A stretch of 64,000 nucleotides of DNA from Octopus sinensis. Lineage: Eukaryota. The notes beneath the pieces are model-generated. The model worked only from the letters and a program-made list of their open reading frames with translations, made no database searches and was not told the origin of the DNA. Positions 51,501 through 64,000 of this stretch are shown here, in pieces (position 1 is the first letter of the stretch; every line of letters begins with the position of its first letter). The stretch spans positions 31,806,001 to 31,870,000 of the forward strand of contig NC_043013.1 in NCBI RefSeq assembly GCF_006345805.1. The letters are read 5' to 3'. The position numbers and the translations under genes were made by a program.

Positions 51501-52777
51501 AAATATATACGTGATGTAAATCAAAACCAGTTAATTCCAAGATTTATTTGTTTAACAACTGAATGAATTTAATAAAAGACATCTAAATATGAAACTTCAT
51601 GAAAATTGTTCAGACCGAAGTCCTTCTTGGGTGACACATTTTTCCATTTGAGTCACTACAGAATTACAGATTGTACTCATGGAATTTTGATTTACTGTCG
51701 GGTGGCTTTTGGCCAAAGCTGTATATATACAGACATGTATTTCGCGTGTACTTGTCTCTCTCACAAAGCAGGTCAGTGTTTATCAGGTAAAAATATTTAC
51801 GTCAGCGATGAATAGGTGCTTTACAAACGAAAATTCGTTGGTAGAGTTTTTCTGCGCTTAGTTACAAACGTCTTTGTCACTCTTTTCTTCAAAAATACCA
51901 GGAGCCAACTGTGATGAGACGCATAATCTGATTTGCATTTTTTATTTTCATTTTTCTTTCTCATTTTCTCACTTTTCGTAATGCAGTATGAATACATTCA
52001 TGCTGGCATGACATTATTTTCATGGTTTGAAATCTGTCTTTAAACTATCATTGGAAAAACACCGCCGTGAATTGCAGAAGATATTCGAAGCCGTTTGGAT
52101 TAATTAAATTGGTTCGCCTGGATAAACTTGTAATACATCTATTGAAAGGTTTATCAATTAACGAACGACACAATTCTTCACAAATTGCTATTTCAGAAAA
52201 AGTAAACAAGCCAAGAATACTGTCAATTAGAGACAAAGACAAATTTTGTAAAGGAATTGAAAAAAAAAAAAAGCAAGAACAAGTTTTCAAAGATTCTTTA
52301 GAAACTTTTTCATAGATATGAATACAAAAAAAAACTTGCTTCATAGATTTTAGAAACATCAAACGAACTATTAATATATATATATTATAAATTCATTCAA
52401 GCGAAACAAATGAATTCATCCAAAAAGTCTGAGATTAACCAACGTGTCTCTTGCAATGATATTTCAAAGACGACTTCAAACTGCGGAAATAATGGCACAC
52501 CAGCATGAATAGTTGGATACTGCCTTAAGTAAATAGGTGGAGGCTTTATTCATAGGCGCAGGCACGGATGTGTGGTTCAAAAGCTCACATTGCAACCACG
52601 TGTTTTCGGGTTCAATCCCGCTGCGCAGCATGTGTTTTCTACTGACACCTTGCTACAGCCTAGCGTAGCAAAGCAGTCCGACAGAAACATATGAGTCTCT
52701 ACAACAAAAATATTTACTGGGATCAATTTATTCCGAAGTAGTTACATAAAGTAATTTCTTACAAAAACAATGTAGTT

Positions 52778-52810
<33 letters not shown>

Positions 52811-52813
<3 letters not shown>

Positions 52814-53164
52814 CTACTTTTTTTCTCTCCTCGTTGTTTCTGTGTCCCTTTCTGTAGGAGCGCGTAGGCTCGAAATGTAAAAGGCTTTTTCTATTCCTAA
52901 GCGTTATACTAATACATCTGTTTGTTTTGTACACCACCTGTCTTCGTCTTTTGTTTTTTTCGTAAACTCTTCCTATATATATATATATAATATATATATA
53001 TATAACTACTTTTTTTCTCTCCTCGTTGTTTCTGTGTCCCTTTCTGTAGGAGCGCGTAGGCTCGAAATGTAAAAGGCTTTTTCTATTCCTAAGCGTTATA
53101 CTAATACATCTGTTTGTTTTGTACACCACCTGTCTTCGTCTTTTGTTTTTTTCGTAAACTCTTC

Positions 53165-53165
<1 letters not shown>
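52811..53165 (+). repeat. Two tandem 192-nt units with hammerhead-like relics, separated by (TA)n; third copy at 61525-61693
   Basis: CCTTT-CTGTAG-GAGC gcgtag GCTC-GAAA-TG-TA-AAAGG at 52847-52884 and 53039-53076. Confidence 0.8.
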
Positions 53166-53199
<34 letters not shown>

Positions 53200-54030
53200 G
53201 GTATACGTAATTTTATTCTGTAAACGTTCGTTACGCATATTCAGACTCCTTTCTTTCTTTCTTTCTTTCTTTCGTTATTTTTTCTCCCCCTATCCGTTAC
53301 TTGTATAGAGTCGTGTACCATTACGCCCCAACCCTTCTCTTACACACTTTTTTAGCCATATTTTGCTTATAAGATCGTTACCTTTTCTTTTTCTTTTTCT
53401 TCCTCCTCTCTGCGTTTTACTTCTTGCCTATATGTATACACCAAGTGATTTTTGCATGCGGACAAGATTGCGTATACATATGTATATGTGTATTTGTGTG
53501 TATATTTACGTCTTGCATATATAGGTCTACATATGCATGTGGTCTGTGTACATCTATCTGTGTATTTTGATGTATATATGTATATTGATGGTTTAGTATC
53601 CGTATATACTGTTGGGAAATATTTTAATTCTTAAAGTTTTGATTGTATTAATCAAATTATATTTCATATATAATTAATGACAATATGTATTTTGAATCCG
53701 CTCTTCGATTTAAGGTTTTTCATCGATTTGCATAATTTATAATTTATATTAAATGCATTTATTTTGTTTATTTTGTTTATCGCACGCTTAAGACCGTTAT
53801 TTGAAAGGACCACTGAAACAAATCCATTCTTAAAGGTGTATCCTTTAACTAGTTTTGAACATATTGTTATTTCTGTTCTATTTTAGCAAAACTGTCCGAC
53901 GAACGGGAACGTAAATCTGTGAGTAACAGCTTTTGTTATATTTCTGCTGCTTTTAAATAAAGCATATTACTCTACCTCTGCTATTTGAGAACTTTTTTTT
54001 TTCCTTGTTTCACATTTATATGCTTACTCC

Positions 54031-54069
<39 letters not shown>

Positions 54070-54074
<5 letters not shown>

Positions 54075-54320
54075 GTGGTGGTGAGGTATCCCGTCGAATT
54101 CGGCGTATGGGGGTTCAGCGTTGCCGAACGACCTGCACAAAATGGTTTGTTTATAGCGATCGTGCCGCATCAAATCGACATTGTCTGAACAGGTGCACTG
54201 TGCATCATGCATGAGCTGTGTATCACGTGTCAGGTGTTGGCAGGCCAATATGAGATGAAGTGTTTTGCTCAAGATCACAACACACAACCCCGTCTGGAAT
54301 TTGAACCCACGGTCACTGAA
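54070..54320 (-). mobile_element. Old tRNA-headed CORE-like SINE remnant
   Basis: GAAGTGTTTTGCTCAAGA.CACAAC...GGAATTTGAACCC is the reverse complement of a tRNA head plus CORE start. Confidence 0.5.
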
Positions 54321-55039
54321 TGCAACAGCCTATCTATGTGCAGCACCTTCTCTATGTGCAGACAAAAGGAAACAGAGACAGAAGACAGAATGAGTTGTGC
54401 ACAATTAAATTTAGGAAACAGCAGTAAATCTAAATGTGGAAACTCCTGTTACGGTGACAGTCTTCGTTAAGGCATTCATGTTATAGACTACGTGTGTAAA
54501 AATATGTATGTACATACTTTCATTTTACTATTTATTTTACTGTTTACTACTGAGTGTGTTTTGTTTTACACATACATATGTGTGACTGAAAGGGTACCCG
54601 TGAAAGAGTACGTGTAAAGAAATATATACATGCACGTTTATTAATATATATATACATGTATTTGTTCATAAGAACTGCATACGTCCATCGTCAGAGTTGC
54701 AACAGAATAATACTAGCCTCTTTGAGAATAACACAAGACTTTGGATACAAAGGGCAGACAAGTAGGTTGTTGATTAATCGTGCCTGGGTCAATGGGGCGA
54801 CACAACAAATGCTGAGAGACATGACAGATGTAAGCGTCCGGAAACATCACGGATGATGCATCCTAGAGCAAACTGAGATGAAAAGATATGCGTAGGTTAG
54901 TGTGGTACATGCATAGGTGCGTGTGTGTGCGCATATATATATATATACATACATACATACATGTATATATGTATATATATACACATAACTTGTAAGTATG
55001 TATGCATATTTATATAGTATTTATATATATTCTTTTAAC

Positions 55040-55200
55040 TCTATTATTTGTTTCAGTCATTTGACTGTGGCCATGCGGGAACATCGCCTTTTAGGCGAAC
55101 AAATCGACCCCAAGACGCATTCTTGTAAGCCTGGTACTTATTCTATCGGTCTCTTTTTTCGAACCGCTATGGTAAGGGGGGCATTAACACACCAGCAACC
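55040..55200 (-). mobile_element. SINE family A, 3' fragment
   Basis: TTTGTTTCAGTCAT.TGACTG.GGCCATG...TACTTATTCTATCGGTCTC. Confidence 0.7.
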
Positions 55201-55619
55201 TCTTCATATAAAAGTACAGACCGCATCTTAATATGCAAACTTGACCACTCCAGAAATTATACTGAGGAGTTAGTTCTCCCCCTTGCCACCTGTTACCTCC
55301 CTTTGTCCACTCTCTGGACTCATTGCTATTTTTCAAGCATCGAAAATGGCGATACCCCTTTGTCACAAGAATTGATTACTTCACAATGTCTCTTGAAAAA
55401 CTAATTCAAATAGCGAAAACCGGTCGGAGATCGCTACATCCATTAAATATGTATATATATATTTTTTTAATTTCTTTATAAAAAGATATTAAACTATGCG
55501 AAATGAAGGCATTTCTCTTCCACCTCTTATATATGTTTTCCACATATTTTCAACTCATAATTCTGCCACGTGGAGTATACTGTATCTTAAGTATCTGTGC
55601 TCCTTTTATATATTTTAAT

Positions 55620-55620
55620 A

Positions 55621-55693
<73 letters not shown>

Positions 55694-55720
55694 CTCTCTC
55701 TCTCTCTCACTCTCTCTCTC

Positions 55721-55795
<75 letters not shown>
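55620..55795. repeat. (TATC)n-(TC)n-(TA)n compound microsatellite
   Basis: Directly visible. Confidence 0.95.
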
Positions 55796-55798
<3 letters not shown>

Positions 55799-57564
55799 TA
55801 AATGTATATGCATATATTTATACGTATGTTTATATGTAAATTAAATGTTTATATAAGGTATAAATGTAGAAATTCAAATATATGTATACATAAATCTGTG
55901 AGTGTGTATGTATGTGTGTGTTACATTATGTGGGTATGTATACAAAGCATAGTCTCATATTTAGCCCGCTGTCATATGCATGGCGGTCCGCAATACAGGG
56001 ATATCAGTTAGCAACCTTTGGCATAGATGCAACCTATTACGTTCTAAAGTGAAGATCGCTATAATGAGATCCTTCATTTAAATTACTGTAAGCAACAAAG
56101 AAGTGTATAATTGATAGATACTAAAATTTCATTAACCTGTACTAACCACCAGTTATAGGATTGCAGTTAAGAGTAAGTTAGTATCTGATATCCTTCTGTA
56201 TTCGGCAAGCGTTACTAGAGGTGACCTTTTCTTGATGTTCATGCGATATTGTTTCTTTCCTTTCAGATTAAAATTAAATGCGATATTCATATGTCACCTT
56301 TCTATTGCTACAATATAGATAACGTTATAATATGCAGTAGCTCAATTTTCCGGATATTCTTGAAATGTTAATATGTATCAGTATACAGTTTATATTAGGG
56401 GAATATTGGTTTCTAATCTAGGCTACAGTTCCTTTGTGCATTTATATGAAGTTTTAATGTTACAATGAAGCGTTTTCCAATAGATACTGTTGTGCATGTG
56501 TGTGAAATACACTTCCAAATTAAGAGAATGTGACGGCTTAAGTAAATATCTTACAAATAAGCCGTAACGTTTCTTCTCGTATTGTTTAACACGGAAATAT
56601 CCTTATGACACATATTGCTAAATCACCGTCTGTCTGGACTGCAATCTCTTCAGAGTATATGAAACCGTGTGAATATGTAACCAACGAAGGAAACTCGACT
56701 AGGGCATTCTTATGTAGCTTTATTGAGAAAGTCCATTTTTTCAGAAAATAATTTTCGTGCTATTTTATTTGTTTCTGGCCAAATAGGAAAACCTCTTGGT
56801 TATACTAACGAGAAAGTTTTCACAGGGTCTCATGCTCTGTAATCTTAATAGCGAAAAGAGAAAGAGCACACTAGTTATTGCACTACAGGATAATCGCATT
56901 TAATTTATTGCACTACAGAACAGTTACAGCTTGAATTTCTTTTCCTCATAGGTCTGTACGGTTAAAATTTTAGCTGACTTAAATAACAACACCTAAACAA
57001 AGTGGGTCGGAGATCGTCAGAGATGTACTGATGAACCTGATATCTGATTTTGATACATGCTTAATAGCAATTAACATCATTAGTGCGACCGTGTGATTTT
57101 TAATAATTCGACCTTTAATCTATACATAATGAACCCACACTTGGTCTACACGACGTATCAATAAAATCATATCAATAAATATGTGGTAAGTTTATAATAT
57201 CTAAATGTCTATGATATTTACATTTTGTAGAATAGGGAATTTCTCTTCGTTAAACCTAGATGCAACTGGGTAAAATTTTAAATAACGATTTTTGTTTGCA
57301 AATAACCACAATATAAATAATCCATAACTTGAAATGGCAATGACTTTTCTAAAGTACGATATGGATATTTGTGAAATTATAATTCATTAATTATGATATA
57401 ATTGTAACCGTAATTACAAAGAGAGAGTATGTATACAATTTACGCGGCGCTTCCATTGTATGATGTAACAAACTATCTCTATTTCGTATCTAGTAGAGGA
57501 GTCAAAAATACAAGAACAAATGTCGTGTGACTACGATTACGGTATGAAACATATTTAGAGCACG

Positions 57565-57629
<65 letters not shown>

Positions 57630-57792
57630 GCATATTGATAGATGGATAGATAGATAGGTAGATATTAAATATTTACTCGTAACTATATATATATATATAT
57701 ATATACATATATATATACATATATATATGCATATAGCTAGATGGATAGATGTATAGATAGATATGAAATATTCACTCGAATCTATCTATCTA

Positions 57793-57849
<57 letters not shown>

Positions 57850-59129
57850 TATTCACGTTAAATATAAGATCCAGCGGATTCAAATTGTTAAAAGGTTATT
57901 CTTAAAACAGCTCATTCATATATTTAGACGTTAATATGTCATCAGCATATTTCTATTTTATGAGGAATTGTACGGCACTATGTATTTAATATCTAAGTGT
58001 GAAAGAAATCATTGAAAAATATTTTGTTCATTCTAATTGAAGATCTCGAAGAATTTCTATCGGAATTACCAAGGTGGAAATAAGTACTTTGATCATACTC
58101 TCTTAGATTTATGCATTTGAAATTACTCACACGAAATACGAAATCCTACTTCAACATGTATTTAATATCTGTAACTGTTAAAGGAATCTGCGAAAAATAT
58201 TTTATTTGTTATATTGGAACATCTCTGAAATGAAAATACTTGAAACAGGTACTTTGAACATTGTGATTTTAAGTGTATATATGTGAAATTACTCAAGCGA
58301 AAATATTTCTCAATATCTGTTTAATATTTGTTAGTGTTAAAAGAATCTCTGAAAAACCTTTTATGTATTACTACAATTGATCAACTGTCTGCTGTGAAGC
58401 TCAGTGGAATTCATATTCTTGTAACAGATATACTTGTGCATGCATCCTTATTTGTATGTATTTGAAAATCCTCGAATGAAATACTAAAATCATTAAATAT
58501 TAAATAAATCGCCTTTTTGAATTCATATAGCGAAAAATGTGTTCATTTGGTTTGATTTCGCAAATTATTTGGGAAACATTTCTCTGTAATACAAGATAAC
58601 CTGAATTTTGCATCAGTATTTAGTCTTGATACCACATTGGTTGTTATTAATATTTCAATATATTTCGCATGTAAAATGCCATTCTGACATTCTTCGGTAT
58701 AGTTTATAGGTTATGGAAAATACAAATACTATAAAAAGTTAATTAGTTATATGTTTACTGACAAATATCATATTAAATTGGTATGGAAGCACCTGTTTCA
58801 GATTCCGAATAAATTCATGGTATATTATAAAATAAGACGCTCAGCGGCATTTTAATTGTGGGGGGTGCGTGTGCAGACGTTATTCTAGGAGTGTGTATTA
58901 GCATACGCCTATATTTTTTTCCCCTCTGCGTGTTTGACTTACAGAAGTTGCCATTGGAAAAAGCCTACATCAACGAACCAATCAAATGTGCACTACAAAG
59001 CAAAAATCAATAATATAACAATATAATGATACGCAGGTAAATCGCCTAAAATGCAGGTACATTTATAAGATAACTTCGCTATCATATATGGAATTTACAA
59101 TGTCAGAACAGAAGAAATAATGCTAACTC

Positions 59130-59950
59130 AACTCCTAAAGGCAATACTGAAATTATCAAATGCACCCTGTTAAGTTAACATATATCCAGTAACATTAGAC
59201 ATATCTATACCTCACATAGACACCTATATTTACAGCACAGCGTCACAAAAATTGATAGAAAGAGTAGCGGTGACGAAATAGCATCATTTACATTAAAAAC
59301 GATTTAACTCTTTTATCAAGCAAACAGCAAAAACTACTACCTAGATCTAATATACAGTTCTGCACAACTACTACATATAGAGAAAAATCATACAACAAAT
59401 CTACACCAACTAACTGTCCTTCATCATTCCAACAGAACCACGTCAGTGACGAAAAGAAAAATCCTTTCCCAAATGTCAAGAAACTTCAATGAAATTTTAA
59501 TCGAACACGACACACCGAAGAGAAAAAAAATCAGCAAAATAGATTTAGATTCTTTCAAAACAACAACCAGAACAAGAAATAGGAAAAATCCGAACACAAC
59601 ACACGTCAAGGAGATAAGCTACGTATTCATCAAATATAAACGTGGATAAAAGAAAATAAAGGAAAAAACAGCAGCTGTAAGTTAGCAAACATTTTATCTA
59701 ACAAAGTATATACAAAATATTAAAATATTCTTCAAAGTAATACCAGCGACTCAATGAAGAGTCTTGACACACTAGATATTATAATAACAATTTGAAGTAA
59801 CAGGGCTTCAATCTAATACCAAGAAAATTCACTTCTTAAAAACATTTTCAAGCGGCTAAAACCGAGATTAGTTACCAAAACAATATCAGAAGACATACTC
59901 TAAGATAACACAGCCATCTTATTATCAGACACCAGAGTAATTATAACTAT
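59130..59950 (+). mobile_element. Possible decayed retroelement coding remnant (Penelope-like N-terminal region?)
   Basis: Strongly A/C-rich plus strand, the same coding-strand bias as the Penelope remnant at 3.3-4.4 kb; only weak motif hints (QGFNLIPRK, cf. GLNF.P.P). Confidence 0.25.
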
Positions 59951-60065
59951 CTTTTAAAATGCTAAGATGTAATTCACTAGAATCCCTCCCTCCAAATTGC
60001 TGGCATTGAGACAAAATGTGAAACTAATCTCTGTACACGATATATTATATTGCATTCTATTACAC

Positions 60066-60127
<62 letters not shown>

Positions 60128-61760
60128 TATTGAATATCACAGATATAACAATTTTAAAAAGTGTACACCTATCACATAACATGAAAAACCAGGATTTCAC
60201 AGGGTGAGTGCAATAGTCATTACAAATTCAAAATAATGTATTGAACCAATAAAAAAACCTTATCTTTCAAATACTGCATTGTCATTACGAAGAAGTCATG
60301 CATATCTCAACTGTTTCTAGTTAAGTTAATAGTATTGCATAAATTATGTTATGAAATAACAAATCGGTTTTCATTGTCTGTGTGTTCATTTGTATCTACA
60401 TAAATACTTGCTTAATCTGTATGTGCATTTGTTTTGATCATCACATCTACTTACCGATACATTCCTCGATTTTTAAGATTTTTCGAGGTTTATCTCCGAA
60501 TTTATTACTTAACCAAATAGCAAACGTTTATTAACATGTGTTTTTGCATTTCTCTAAATTTCATTCAGAGTTATGCCAACAAACATTTATTCGCTTCTGT
60601 ATTGACCGTAAAGAAACACCTCATTGATTTTATATAATTGATTTGAACATAATTATATACATCACATAATTCCCCATAAGAGATAAATATAGTTGTGCAA
60701 TCAATATATCTACTTTACAAAATTAAATAGAATGTCCTCGAATGAACCAGGTTTAAATTTCATATTATAAATATTTGTCTATATTAATCTTACCCCATCT
60801 CTGTAAAGTCTCATGACGATCTCACCGTCATATTCATCATAATGGCGAAACCATGTAATAAGTTAGCAACATGTAGTAGGTACACATGTTACTCACGCAA
60901 CCAGTAATAGGAATGAAATATTTCCTAAATGAGCACTGAAGGGAATTTAAGATTTGCACGAACAAAGTAATCAAGCAAATGCAATATTTTAAGCCATGCG
61001 CAAACTTCGAGATGAATATGAAATACTTCGTATTTTGAACATTGAACCACGAAACTTATATAAAACTACAACTAATAAGAGGTAAATATTAAGTTGAAAA
61101 AACCATTGCTTACATAAAATCCAAACCTATTTTTGTTTACAAATTTTTTTCTCATAAATCATTAGCGAATAGGAATCAAGGATAAAATGGAACTGCCTAA
61201 CATTCTACATTAACGAGAAAGGAAGCAATGAGTGGTGTCATTGATGTGCAGCTAAAAATTCCCTCCAAAATGATGTGGTTCCAAAATATACTCGTTAGTG
61301 CGGAATTTGAGGCAGTTGTATCTCAACGTATTTAAAGGTATTCTCTAATGGCATAGAAGAAAAATTTGTAGACGAAACAGGGCTTCAATGATATATATGT
61401 ACACACGCAAACACGCACACAAAACACATATACACACACGCACACCCACACACGCACAAACACACACATACAAACACACACACACACATATATATATATA
61501 CACAGCCGCCATGATAGATCGTTAGCCACTACATACATTTTGTTCTTTCCTTGTTTTTTCTGTGTCCCTTTCTGCAGAAGAGCGTAGGCTCGAAATGTAA
61601 AATCCTTTTTCTAATCCTGAGCGTTATACTAATACATCTGTTTGTTTTCTACACCACCTATCTTCGTCTTTTGTTTTTTTCGTAAATTCTCCCTATATAT
61701 ATATATATTATATATATATACGGTTGGTTGTATATATGTGTATATATCTATATATATATA

Positions 61761-61793
<33 letters not shown>

Positions 61794-61874
61794 CATACAT
61801 ATATATACGGATTGTATATATGTGTGTCTGTGTATATATATATATGTATATGTGTGTGTGTGTATGTATATATA

Positions 61875-62060
61875 AGATCTTGGCCTCTTCAAACGCCTTC
61901 ACTGGCTTCATGGTAATTCTTATGCCGTCCTTAAAGCTCTTTTTAGGTTTACGCCGATAGAGTTTCCCCTCTACAAGCTCACCATAAAACAGCTGTTCGG
62001 GCGTGCGTTCATCCACCACTCGAACAATATGGCCACATCATCTCATTTGATTTCTCTAAA
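61875..62060 (-). mobile_element. RTE (BovB-like) LINE 3' fragment
   Basis: CGHIVRMVDERTPEQLFYGELVEGKLYRRKPKKSFKD...VKAFEEAKI. Confidence 0.8.
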
Positions 62061-62089
62061 TCATAGCTTTACTTGGGGTAATGCCTTGC

Positions 62090-62400
62090 CTGAAGATGTA
62101 AGAGTGGAGTAGAATGAAAGCGTTTGAAATGGGCAAAATAACGCATGAAAGACCCAAGAGAGATTTAAGGAAGAATTGTACGATCGAGAACGTGAATAAC
62201 AATGACTTTTTTGTGTGCACAGTTTGTGCTTTTCTTTAGAAATGGATCAAATCTCATTTGCGAACCCATGGAAAACGAACCTCCACTAACTATTCTGCCT
62301 ATATGTCTGTGCAAATCTTTCAATACAATTTATCCCAGGAGGTTTGTAAATCTAACGGAGGCCTCGTAAAGCTTTTTAACATCCACAAAGATCATAAGTT
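62090..62400 (+). mobile_element. RTE LINE C-terminal fragment with decayed C2H2 fingers
   Basis: KAFEMGKITHERPKRDLRK, FVCTVC...IKSHLRTH, VCKSNGGLVK.FNIHKD. Confidence 0.6.
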
Positions 62401-62550
62401 ATCTGCAGCCCTTGGTAGTCCAAATGGGATATACAATCTATGTGGGTGTCTTTTCAAAACATTGGTTTTAAAAGCCACATCAGATGTCATGATGGTTCTA
62501 AGGAGCTGGTACAGTAGGTGATCAAACTCTGCAAAATTAGTAGACAACTA

Positions 62551-62579
<29 letters not shown>

Positions 62580-62584
<5 letters not shown>

Positions 62585-63026
62585 ATTAATTTTATTGTAT
62601 CGCATTTGACTTTGTTTACGTATTTTCTCGATAAATTTTTGAGCGTTAGACGATATACCAGAAAACCCTATTTTGTCGGGTACGTTCTGAGTCTGCGCAG
62701 TGATTTGAATAGTTTAGAAAGAGCAATTTAATAGACGCATGTGCCTCTATTAATGTGCGCTTCCCATAATAACAGGAATCTTACTGAAGAGCCTACCTGA
62801 GTAAATAAATATTATTTTTATTGCTGAAATAGGCGAAACTGCAGTCTAAGAAGAACTAAGTTTGTAAAAGTTTTTAATTTTCATCTCATTAAATTTATCC
62901 AGCTTTTGTGTATCTGGTACACACTTCGCCTCTTAGTGTACTTATATATGAATAATATATGGCGTGTCCCAGAACACCAGCGATAATAATTAATTTTATT
63001 ATATCGCATTTGACTTTGTTTACGTA
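62580..63026 (+). mobile_element. 404-nt HHR-bearing monomer with about 43-nt terminal redundancy, flanked by (TA)n
   Basis: TAATAATTAATTTTATT.TATCGCATTTGACTTTGTTTACGTA at 62580 and 62984. Confidence 0.75.
62779..62851 (+). ncRNA. Canonical type I hammerhead ribozyme
   Basis: TCTTA-CTGAAGA-GCCTA...TAGGC-GAAA-CTGCAG-TC^TAAGA; all core positions canonical, G10.1-C11.1 pair, GUC triplet, predicted cleavage after C62846. Confidence 0.9.
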
Positions 63027-63119
63027 TATAAATATATATATATAATATGAGGCAATATCATTCCAAACTTAAAGGGAAAAATTCAATTTAGAAATACTAT
63101 ATCAAATTTCTTTCTAATT

Positions 63120-63182
<63 letters not shown>

Positions 63183-63565
63183 CCATAAATATAAATCTAT
63201 ATATATATATATATGTGTGTGCGTGTGTGTGTGTTTGTATGTATATATGTATATGGAATGTTATACATATATAATCTGCTGTCTCTAGCCGGCGGTTGTC
63301 CAGCACCGAGGACGGGAAATTACCCTGAAACAATTGGTCAGTTTGTATTTCTAGTAGCTAGGAAGGAATAGTCCGGTCTCTTGTTCACAGAATCTTTCAG
63401 ACAGAGATAGTGTGTCGATAATTAGCTGGAAAAGATGTTTCCCGAGTTTAAAAGGTAATAACATGGTCCTACGCAGGACTGCGGCCTTCTGTTGGCAAAC
63501 ATACTTTACTTTGCAGTATAGTTAGAACTTAGATTTCATTCAGAGATTTAAAACTAGCTGTTTAC

Positions 63566-63608
<43 letters not shown>

Positions 63609-63716
63609 ATTATATATAATATATAGTTAATCCAAACAAGAAACACAGAAAAACAGCAACGCGAGGATGAGAAACATTAAAGTATTATTTGACGCTCAGG
63701 AAAGAAGGGAAGGAGG

Positions 63717-63751
63717 GTTTAACGTTTCGAGCGGAGCTCTTCGTCGGAAAC
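63717..63751 (-). ncRNA. Ultra-minimal hammerhead-like motif (U4C, GUU triplet)
   Basis: GTTT-CCGACGA-A-GAGC tcc GCTC-GAAA-CG-TT^AAAC; followed by TTCCTGAGCGT, as in the 61.6 kb copy of the 192-nt family. Confidence 0.55.
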
Positions 63752-63889
63752 AAGGAGAAGGAAAGATCCCAGAAGGGAAGACAGAGGAAAAAAATATTTT
63801 TGCTGGTGGTGCTCAGGGATCACATATATATATATATATAATATATATATTTATATAGATAATATATATATGTATATATATATATATAT

Positions 63890-63920
<31 letters not shown>

Positions 63921-63958
63921 TATATATATATTTTAATATGTATATATATATAATATAT

Positions 63959-63990
<32 letters not shown>

Positions 63991-64000
63991 CATATGTATA

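Noticed and set aside
60897-60935. 39-nt candidate micro-exon (ccttcag| ... |gtgagt, minus strand)
   Set aside because: Too short to distinguish from chance without RNA data.

Overview
AT-rich eukaryotic DNA, almost certainly octopus-type (inferred from the tRNA-headed SINE families and microsatellite load; no database check was possible). It looks intronic or intergenic. No complete protein-coding gene can be assembled, and most ORFs in the track are translations of (TA)n, (CA)n, (GATA)n or (TAA)n repeats. The window holds decayed non-LTR retrotransposons (Penelope-like, R4/Dong, RTE, HERO), a mariner 5' end, Helentron-like non-autonomous elements, a hairpin MITE and many SINEs, several with target-site duplications. 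The main unexplained signal is about 20 hammerhead ribozyme (HHR) motifs, intact or decayed, from roughly 9-10 sequence families. Most have the minimal type I layout with a palindromic stem III and sit in tandem or inverted non-coding repeats. Highlights: (1) a 475-nt, heavily hairpinned tandem unit with one HHR per monomer (retrozyme/circRNA candidate, 23.6-25.0 kb); (2) a 2.75-kb palindrome with an HHR at each outer end (25.4-28.2 kb); (3) an HHR with a compensatory U3-A8 core (44.1 kb); (4) a canonical HHR in a 404-nt terminally redundant monomer (62.6-63.0 kb); (5) behind a HERO LINE 3' end, a complete set of HHR core motifs with perfect stems I and III in a strand order that matches none of HHR types I, II or III (49.98-50.03 kb). 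All ribozyme calls are by-eye pairing; none is experimentally shown.
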